NCBI GenBank assembly: GCA_033853925.1
Contig: JAWOLC010000001.1
Span: 4,658 to 68,657, forward strand
Direction of reading: 5' to 3'
Length of the DNA: 64,000 bases
From: Candidatus Eiseniibacteriota bacterium
GTDB lineage: Bacteria; Eisenbacteria; RBG-16-71-46
Position numbers and translations under genes: made by a program. The notes under the pieces were generated by a model. That model did not search any database and was not told the DNA's origin. It worked only from the letters and a program-made list of their open reading frames with translations. Positions 57,535 through 64,000 of the stretch are shown one piece after another (position 1 is the first letter of the stretch; every line of letters begins with the position of its first letter).

Positions 57535-60500
57535 ATGCTGCACGTGCCGACATCATCTCGCCTCTTCGCCATGGTCGCGGTGATTTCCGCGAGCCTGGCG
57601 CTCGCCGGGTCCGCGCTCGCGGGCCCGTCCGCCTCCATCGAGCAGGTGAGGAACGGCGAGGCCACCGCTCCTCTCACGCCCGTCCCCGCGTGGGGCACGG
57701 GCAATTGCGGTGCCTCGAACTCCCACTACCTCGAGAGCCACTCGACCGCCTATCGCGCCGTGATGGACGGACTCCCGACCGATGGCACCGTGGTCGAGCT
57801 CACCATCGGCTACGACGTGAAGCGCAGCGGCTCGTACGCCCTCGACTACCTGACCCACTTCCAGCGGCTGCTGCCCCATGTCCTCTTCGGCCATCGCGAG
57901 CCCGAGGTCATCGACCCCCTGAGCGGCATCACCGGTGTCGGCTCCCTCGTCACCACGGCTCCGATCCCCCTGCCCACGCGCAACCTGCTCGTGGATCCGG
58001 ACGGCCCCGACCCCGACCCGGCAGCGCTCCAGCCGGTGACCAGCATGGCCGCCCTGCCCGAGGCCGAGCGAGTGATGACCCTCTACGGTGGAACGCTCGT
58101 CGACGTCTCCTACGTGACGGAGGCGGACGTGAGCCTGGCCACCAACTCCTCCGAGTCGCAGGTCCGGGTGCGCTTCACGGCCAGCAGTCCCAAGGCCGTG
58201 CTGGCCTGGGGCGGACACATCGCCTGCCGCTGGGACTGGGGTTTCAACGCGGACGGCACGCCGCGGTCGGCCGCAGGGATCAGCGGCTCCTCCTACCACA
58301 TGCGGCTGGTCACCTGGAGCCTCGGGAACCTGGGGAACCAGGATCGCTCGATGTCCACCGACGCCGTCTACCCCGTCCCGCGCTGCGGAATCTCGAACCT
58401 CGGCCCCTTCTGCGCCGGATCCACCAACACCCACACGGCGCCATCGGGGATGGAGTCCTACGCCTGGTCGCTGTTCGACAACACCTGCGGGGCCGAGATC
58501 GTCGGCGCCGACACCGGCCTCACGGTCGTCGTCCGCTCGAGCAGCGCCGGGAGCTACGGCCTGCTGCTCACCACGGGGGCGAGCGGGTTCACCAAGCAGT
58601 GTCAGGCGACGGTGCTCGTGAACCCGCCCGTCGTCGCGGACGCGGGCCCCGACCAGACCGTTTGCGCCGGAAGCCCCCAGACGCGGCTCGCCGGCGTGGT
58701 GAGCGGCGGCAGCGGAGCGTGGAGCGGCGGCACGGGCGCCTTCAGCCCCGGCCGCGGTGATGCGAACGCGGCGTACACGCCGTCGGCCGCCGAGATCGCG
58801 GCGGGGGGCGTCACCCTCACCCTCGTCTGCACCCCGTCGTCCGGACCCTGCCCGCCCGCCAGCGATCCCCTGCGCATCACCATCGACCCGATGGCCACGG
58901 CGAACGCCGGGCCCGACCAGATCCTCTGTGCGAGCAGCTCGCAGGCCCAGCTCGCCGGCCTGATCGGAGGCGCGGCAGCGAGTGGGGTGTGGAGCGGCGG
59001 GGCCGGCGCCTTCAGCCCGAGCGCCGCCGCCCTGAACGCGACCTACACGCCGACGGCGGCCGAGATCGCCGCCGGCAGCGTGACGCTGACGCTCACGAGC
59101 AACGACCCCGCCGGCCCCTGCGGGGCGGCCAGCGATCAGGTGCGCCTCACCTTCAATCCCGCCGCGCTCGCCGAGGCCGGGCCCGACCAGACGCTCTGCG
59201 GCACCAGCCCCCAGGCCCAGCTCGCGGGCAGCGTGGGCGGCGCGGCCACGCGAGGCACCTGGAGCGGCGGTGCCGGCACCTTCAGCCCGAGCGCCGCGGC
59301 CCTGAACGCCACCTACTCGCCGACCGCGGCCGAGATCGCGGCCGGCGGCGTGAGCTTGACCCTCACCACCGACGACCCGCCCGGGCCTTGCCCGGCGGTC
59401 AGCGACCTCGTACGGCTCGCCTTCAGCCCCGCGGCGATCGCGAACGCCGGCCCCGACCAAGAGGTGTGCGCGAGCAGCCCGCAGGTGACGCTCGCCGGCG
59501 CGGTGGGAGGGGCGGCGACGAGTGGCACGTGGAGCGGGGGCGCCGGCACCTTCAGCCCGAGCGCCGCGGCCCTGGACGCGACCTACTCGCCGACCTCGGC
59601 CGAGATCGCCGCCGGCCACGTCACCCTGACGCTCACCACGAACGATCCGGCGGGGCCTTGCCCCGCGGTGAGCGACGTCGTGGACGTCACCATCGCTCCC
59701 GCGGCTCTGGCGAACGCCGGGGCCGACCAGCGCGTCTGCGCGAGCAGTCCCCAGGTCCCGCTCGCGGGCGCCGTGGGTGGCGGCGCGGTGAGCGGCACGT
59801 GGAGCGGCGGGGCCGGGAGCTTCAGCCCCCGCGCGACCGCGCTGAATGCGACCTACTCGCCGACCGCGGCCGAGATCGCGGCGGGCGGCGTCACCCTCAC
59901 CCTCACCACCAACGACCCGGCCGGGCCCTGCGGCCCGGCCAGCGACACGATGCGGATCACCATCGACCCGGTGACGACCGTGAACGCAGGTCCCGATCAG
60001 ACCGTGTGCTCGAGCAGCCCACAGGTCCAGCTCCAGGGCGCGGTGAGCGGCACCGTCTCGAGCGGCACGTGGGGCGGCGGGGTGGGAACGTTCAGCCCGA
60101 GCGCCTCCTCCTTGACCGCGACCTACACCCCGACGGCGGCGGAGATCGCGGCAGGCGGCGTCACCCTGGTGCTGACCAGCGCCACGCCGGCGGGGCCGTG
60201 CCCACCCGCCAGCGACGCCGTGACCATCGTCATCCGCCAGGCGGTCACGGTGAACGCGGGCCCGGATCAGACGGTGTGCCTGGCCTCGCCGCAGGTGCAG
60301 CTCGCGGGCTCGCTGGGGAACGGAGCCACGAGCGGCACGTGGAGCGGCGGAACCGGCACGTTCAGCCCCGGACCCACCGCGCTGAACGCGCTCTACACCC
60401 TCTCGGCCGCGGAGATCGCCGCGCGGGGCGTCACCCTCACGCTCACCACCAACGACCCCGAGGGCCCGTGCCCCGCCGTGAGCGACGCGATGCGGATCAC

Positions 60501-61533
60501 GCTCGACGCGCCGACCGTGACGGTCCCGGACCGCGTCGTCTGCGCCGGCATCTCGCCGGTCACGCTCTGCGCGAATCCAGCCAACGGCGTCGCGCCCTAC
60601 ACCTATCGGTGGAGCACCGGCGCCACCGGTCCGTGCATCTCCGTCGCGGACACCGGGCGCTACACCGTCTCCATCACCGACGCCAGGGGCTGCCAGGCCA
60701 GCGGGAGCGGCGTCTTCCGGCAGCGCGATTGCCAGGGCCAGCTCGCCCACACGAGCACCACCTGCGACAGCTACATGGCGGGAACGGGGGAGGACCTCTC
60801 CTCGACGAGCGTGAGCTACGTGCTCAGGGACGGGGTCATCACCAGCATCGCGCCCGGAGTGTTCTTCTACTACACCAAGGTGACCGCCCCCAGGGCCGAC
60901 TTCACCGTGCAACTGGTACAGGTCAAGAACAACCCCGCCTTCCCCTTCTGCGAGGTGCAGCAGGACCAGGTCGTGCTCTACGACGCGGACTGCAATCGCA
61001 TCGGCGCGGGGAGCGGCACGACCGCGGGGCAGGCGTCGGTCGACGTGCACGGGGCCACGGTCGGGCAGGTGTTCATCATCAGCGTGAAGTACTCCCTCAA
61101 GGTCCTGGTCGGCACCGCGATCGGGCCGGCGGGCGGCGCCCATTACACCTTCCGCACCGAGATCGACGGCACCGTCGTCGATCAGGACCCCGACGGCCTG
61201 CAGATCGGGCCACCGAGCCTGGTCGCCGTCGGCGACGGCCCGTCGGCGTTCGAGGGAATCGAGCTGTATCGACCCATCCCCAACCCGTTCCACCACGGCA
61301 TGTGGATGGTCTATGCGGTGGCCTCGGGTCGCGAGCGGGTGGTGGTCTGCGTCTTCGATCTCGCGGGCCGGCGCGTGCGCAGCCTGACGAACGACTACCA
61401 GTCGCCGGGGCGCCACATGGTCGCCTGGGACGGCCGTGACGAGCAGGGCACGCGCGTGCGGAGCGGCCTGTACTTCGTCCACGTCGCCATCGGCGAGCGG
61501 GCGCGCCAGGTGCGCGTCACCTTCCTGAAGTAG
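57535..61533 (+). CDS. Giant secreted cell-surface repeat protein. It has a unique 360-aa N-terminal domain, seven 90-aa tandem Cys-containing repeats, a SprB-type repeat and a C-terminal FlgD-Ig/T9SS-like sorting domain.
   Basis: ATG at 57535 follows the RBS GGGAGAGAA. Signal peptide MLHVPTSSRLFAMVAVISASLALAGSALAG. The repeat unit is xNAGPDQxVCxSSPQxxLAGxVGGxAxSGxWSGGAGxFSPSAAALNATYxPTAAEIAAGxVTLTLTTNDPAGPCxxxSDxVxxTI. Then comes APYTYRWSTGATGPCISVADTGRYTVSITDARGC (SprB-like), followed by the C-terminal NPFHHGMWMVYA..FDLAGRRVRSL..GRHMVAWDG..SGLYFVHV domain. Confidence 0.8.
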   Translation: MLHVPTSSRLFAMVAVISASLALAGSALAGPSASIEQVRNGEATAPLTPVPAWGTGNCGASNSHYLESHSTAYRAVMDGLPTDGTVVELTIGYDVKRSGSYALDYLTHFQRLLPHVLFGHREPEVIDPLSGITGVGSLVTTAPIPLPTRNLLVDPDGPDPDPAALQPVTSMAALPEAERVMTLYGGTLVDVSYVTEADVSLATNSSESQVRVRFTASSPKAVLAWGGHIACRWDWGFNADGTPRSAAGISGSSYHMRLVTWSLGNLGNQDRSMSTDAVYPVPRCGISNLGPFCAGSTNTHTAPSGMESYAWSLFDNTCGAEIVGADTGLTVVVRSSSAGSYGLLLTTGASGFTKQCQATVLVNPPVVADAGPDQTVCAGSPQTRLAGVVSGGSGAWSGGTGAFSPGRGDANAAYTPSAAEIAAGGVTLTLVCTPSSGPCPPASDPLRITIDPMATANAGPDQILCASSSQAQLAGLIGGAAASGVWSGGAGAFSPSAAALNATYTPTAAEIAAGSVTLTLTSNDPAGPCGAASDQVRLTFNPAALAEAGPDQTLCGTSPQAQLAGSVGGAATRGTWSGGAGTFSPSAAALNATYSPTAAEIAAGGVSLTLTTDDPPGPCPAVSDLVRLAFSPAAIANAGPDQEVCASSPQVTLAGAVGGAATSGTWSGGAGTFSPSAAALDATYSPTSAEIAAGHVTLTLTTNDPAGPCPAVSDVVDVTIAPAALANAGADQRVCASSPQVPLAGAVGGGAVSGTWSGGAGSFSPRATALNATYSPTAAEIAAGGVTLTLTTNDPAGPCGPASDTMRITIDPVTTVNAGPDQTVCSSSPQVQLQGAVSGTVSSGTWGGGVGTFSPSASSLTATYTPTAAEIAAGGVTLVLTSATPAGPCPPASDAVTIVIRQAVTVNAGPDQTVCLASPQVQLAGSLGNGATSGTWSGGTGTFSPGPTALNALYTLSAAEIAARGVTLTLTTNDPEGPCPAVSDAMRITLDAPTVTVPDRVVCAGISPVTLCANPANGVAPYTYRWSTGATGPCISVADTGRYTVSITDARGCQASGSGVFRQRDCQGQLAHTSTTCDSYMAGTGEDLSSTSVSYVLRDGVITSIAPGVFFYYTKVTAPRADFTVQLVQVKNNPAFPFCEVQQDQVVLYDADCNRIGAGSGTTAGQASVDVHGATVGQVFIISVKYSLKVLVGTAIGPAGGAHYTFRTEIDGTVVDQDPDGLQIGPPSLVAVGDGPSAFEGIELYRPIPNPFHHGMWMVYAVASGRERVVVCVFDLAGRRVRSLTNDYQSPGRHMVAWDGRDEQGTRVRSGLYFVHVAIGERARQVRVTFLK
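58620..60540 (+). repeat. Coding tandem repeat array: seven copies plus one truncated copy, with an exact 270-bp period
   Basis: The AGPDQ-encoding motif recurs at about 58636, 58906, 59176, 59446, 59716, 59986, 60256 and 60526 (a degenerate eighth copy). Copies are highly similar at the nucleotide level. Confidence 0.85.
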
Positions 61534-61664
61534 AGAGCGGAGGGCGCCCGGCGCGAGGCTGGGCGCCCTCCCGACTCCCGAGCGCCGGCAGGCACCGGCG
61601 GTCCGCGCACCGGCCGAGAGACCGCGTAGAGGCGTCGCCTCGCCGGAGGTGCGGCGGAGCTATC

Positions 61665-62567
61665 TCACTCCACCTTCACGACATCCGGGCCGAGGTGACG
61701 AAACCGCATGAAGACGGCCGGATCGTGGCCGGGGACGATCAGCCGCCGAGCCGAGGCGATCCGCGTCATTCGCTCCTGAGCCGCCAGGTTCGACCGCGCG
61801 TCCAGGGTCTGGGCGATCGGGACGCGGCGCTCGAGGTTCTCGTAGAGGTAGACGTTGTCCGAGGCCAGCACGACCACGCCCTTCGCCGTGTGGACTCCCA
61901 GGAACTGCGAGGCGAACGTGTGCCGCCCGCCCGTGTAGGCGGTGATCCCGGGGAGGATCTCCCGGCCGTCGCCCTCGACGAAGCGCACGCGGCCCTGCGC
62001 CCGCAGGCCGGCGAGCATCGCCGCGTCCACGGTGTCGATGCCCTCGTGCGCCGGAGTTCCTCCTTCGCCGACGTAGTACTCGTACTCCTGCCGTTGAAGC
62101 CAGATGCGCGCTCGGGGAAACAGGTCGGCGCCGTCCAGATGGTCCCAGTGGATGTGGGTCAGGATGACATCGCTGACCGAGTCGGGCGGCACTCCCAGAC
62201 GCTCGAGCGCCACATCCGGACGAACGAAGCCGGCGGGCTTCCAGGCGTCGAGAAGGCCCTGGCGGTAGAACCCTGCGTCCACGAGGACCCAGCGCCCCCG
62301 CGGGCCCTCGAGGGCCCAGAACATCATCGCGATGTCGAGCTTGCGCGTGCTGTCGGCACCCGCCACCAGCGCCTGCACGGGGAAGCCCGGGAGCGTCGCG
62401 TAGCGGACGGCGTAGACCTGCCAGTCGGGCGGGCGGGCCGCGGCTCGCGACGCGCACGCCGCGGCTCCCGGTAGAGCACCGAGCAGCAGTGTCGCGGCCA
62501 GGAGCCCGACACCCAGGCTCGGGCTTCGCTGGTGCCCCCGAACCGAAGCTGCCGCTCGCACGCGCAT
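61665..62567 (-). CDS. Secreted metallo-beta-lactamase-fold hydrolase (lactonase-like)
   Basis: Signal MRVRAAASVRGHQRSPSLGVGLLAATLLLGALPGAAACA. MBL motif ILTHIHWDHLDG, with a later HD motif (PGHD). Track ORF 61665..63809 is a spurious extension of this frame. Confidence 0.75.
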   Translation of the reverse strand: MRVRAAASVRGHQRSPSLGVGLLAATLLLGALPGAAACASRAAARPPDWQVYAVRYATLPGFPVQALVAGADSTRKLDIAMMFWALEGPRGRWVLVDAGFYRQGLLDAWKPAGFVRPDVALERLGVPPDSVSDVILTHIHWDHLDGADLFPRARIWLQRQEYEYYVGEGGTPAHEGIDTVDAAMLAGLRAQGRVRFVEGDGREILPGITAYTGGRHTFASQFLGVHTAKGVVVLASDNVYLYENLERRVPIAQTLDARSNLAAQERMTRIASARRLIVPGHDPAVFMRFRHLGPDVVKVE

Positions 62568-62675
62568 GGACCCAAGATCGCACCGGACCTTTCGCCTGTC
62601 CATCCCGGAGCCATGGGATCGTGGGTCCGTCGAGGCCGCGCCTGTGGTACGCTGCACGCTCCGCGGAGAGATCCG

Positions 62676-63986
62676 ATGGGCCACCTGGTCGGCAAGGACA
62701 TCTATCGGCGGCTCGGCGCCAAGATCGACGGGCTCACCGTCCGCGCGCCCTGGAACGACGCCCTCTACGCCATCCTCAAGCAGCTCTACTCGGCCGAAGA
62801 CGCCCAACTGGTGGTCGAGATGCCGTACGGTCTCGCCACGCTGGAACGCCTGGAGCGGGTGACCGGGATCCCGCGCCCCGAGCTCGAGAAGCGACTCGAG
62901 AGCCTCGGGTCCCGCGGCCTCGTCCTGGATCTCTGCGTGGGCGGGCGCTACCACTACGCGCCCTCGCCGATGGTCATCGGCATCTTCGAGTTCACGATGA
63001 TGCGCACCGGCCCGGGCCTGGATCACGGGACGTGGGCGAGGCTGTTCCACGACTACCTGGAGCAGGGCGCCTTCTACGGCGCCAACTTCGGCTCGGGCGA
63101 GAAGGTGTCGCTCATGCGCACCGTGCCCCACGAGGGCACCGTGCGCCCCGACGAGTGCGTGGAGATCCTCGATTACGAGAAGGCCACGGCCATCGTCGAC
63201 AGCGGGCGGCGATTCGCCATGGGCCTGTGCTCCTGCCGCCACGAGAAGCACCACCTCGGCACGAGGCAGTGCCAGGCTCCGCTCGACAACTGCTCGACCT
63301 TCGGGGACGCGGCGGACTTCCTGGTGCGCAAGAACCTCGCGCGCGAGGTCTCGAAGAGCGAGATGCTGGAGAACCTCGCCCGCTCGCGGGAGCTGGGGCT
63401 CGTCCTGAACGCCGACAACGTGCAGCGCGACGTCACCTTCATCTGCCACTGCTGCGGCTGCTGCTGCAACGTGCTGCTCGGGATCTCGCGGCACGGCTAT
63501 CCCAACACGGTCGTGACCTCGACGTTCATCGCGGCCTCGGACCGCGCCCTCTGCGACGGCTGCGGTATCTGCTCGAAGCGGTGCCCGATCGCCGCGATTC
63601 CGCGCGTCCCCGACCCCGACCCGCGCTTCCGCAAGCACGGTCGGCCGCAGGTGGACGAGTCCCTGTGCCTCGGCTGCGGCGTCTGCGCGACGCGCTGCAA
63701 GACGGGCGCGATGAAGCTGCACAAGCGCCCGCAGCGGGTGCTCCATCCCGAGACCACCTTCGAGCGCGTGATCCTGCAGTGCCTGGAGCGGGGGACGCTG
63801 CAGAATCAACTGTTCGACGACCCGGGCAGCAAGTCCCAGGCGTTCCTGCGCGGCGTCGTGGGCGGGTTCCTGCGCCTGCCCCCGGTCAAGCAGGCGCTCA
63901 TGAGCGACGCGCTGCGCTCGCGCTTCCTCGCCGCCATGAAGCAGGGCGCCGCCCGCCAGGGCGGGGACCGTCCCTCGCAGACCTGA
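62676..63986 (+). CDS. Cysteine-rich iron-sulfur protein with two ferredoxin-type CxxCxxCxxxCP motifs and a CHCCGCCC motif
   Basis: ATG at 62676 follows the RBS GGAGAG. LCDGCGICSKRCP and LCLGCGVCATRCK are 4Fe-4S ferredoxin motifs. Further Cys clusters are CSCRHEKHH and FICHCCGCCCNVL. It is divergent from the MBL hydrolase gene. Confidence 0.55.
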   Translation: MGHLVGKDIYRRLGAKIDGLTVRAPWNDALYAILKQLYSAEDAQLVVEMPYGLATLERLERVTGIPRPELEKRLESLGSRGLVLDLCVGGRYHYAPSPMVIGIFEFTMMRTGPGLDHGTWARLFHDYLEQGAFYGANFGSGEKVSLMRTVPHEGTVRPDECVEILDYEKATAIVDSGRRFAMGLCSCRHEKHHLGTRQCQAPLDNCSTFGDAADFLVRKNLAREVSKSEMLENLARSRELGLVLNADNVQRDVTFICHCCGCCCNVLLGISRHGYPNTVVTSTFIAASDRALCDGCGICSKRCPIAAIPRVPDPDPRFRKHGRPQVDESLCLGCGVCATRCKTGAMKLHKRPQRVLHPETTFERVILQCLERGTLQNQLFDDPGSKSQAFLRGVVGGFLRLPPVKQALMSDALRSRFLAAMKQGAARQGGDRPSQT

Positions 63987-64000
63987 GGGGCGCCGGCGCC

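Noticed and set aside
58620-60540. Regular 270-bp repeats considered as a possible CRISPR, minisatellite or intergenic repeat array
   Set aside because: The repeats are in-frame protein-coding units (90 aa) inside one long ORF with a signal peptide and a sorting domain. There is no spacer/repeat structure and no cas genes.

Overview
This 64-kb window is a very high-GC (roughly 70%) bacterial chromosomal segment with dense coding on both strands. Many adjacent genes overlap by ATGA/GTGA at stop/start, which suggests translationally coupled operons. Because of the GC content, the ORF track is full of long spurious antisense and alternate-frame ORFs, so genes were called from recognisable protein families rather than ORF length. 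Housekeeping content: a MetH-like homocysteine methyltransferase fragment at the left edge; mutL-miaA; der-plsY-gpsA (der is split by a frameshift); surE-pcm followed by tRNA-Pro, an acylphosphatase and a sigma-70 family sigma factor (a layout that echoes the surE-pcm-rpoS locus); apt; a cold-shock protein; and three singleton tRNAs (Gly-CCC, Pro-GGG, Pro-CGG). Envelope and transport content: cyclophilin, PgeF, a PpiD/SurA-like chaperone, an S8 subtilase, an ABC-2 exporter pair, an RND efflux pair, an aquaporin, an MFS transporter and a SpmA/SpmB-like membrane protein. Signalling content: a GAF/sigma-54 activator followed by a Ser/Thr kinase with TPR repeats. The most interesting items are: (i) a conserved but functionally undescribed four-gene periplasmic redox module (TlpA-like thioredoxin, DUF4266 lipoprotein with a GGGCGCN tail, DUF3570, ApbE flavin transferase); (ii) an AmgK-like amino-sugar kinase fused to a RapZ C-terminal sugar-phosphate-binding domain and coupled to a MurU-like uridylyltransferase; (iii) a 1332-aa surface protein with seven exact-period 270-bp tandem repeats, a SprB-type repeat and a C-terminal FlgD-Ig/T9SS-like sorting domain that also ends the S8 protease; and (iv) an apparent 13- or 16-nt deletion that frameshifts the essential GTPase gene der. 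No CRISPR array, transposase, integrase or prophage genes were recognised. The phylum is not determinable from the window alone; the SpoIVB-like peptidase and the T9SS-type C-terminal domains loosely suggest a Gemmatimonadota- or FCB-like Gram-negative organism, and that is inference only.
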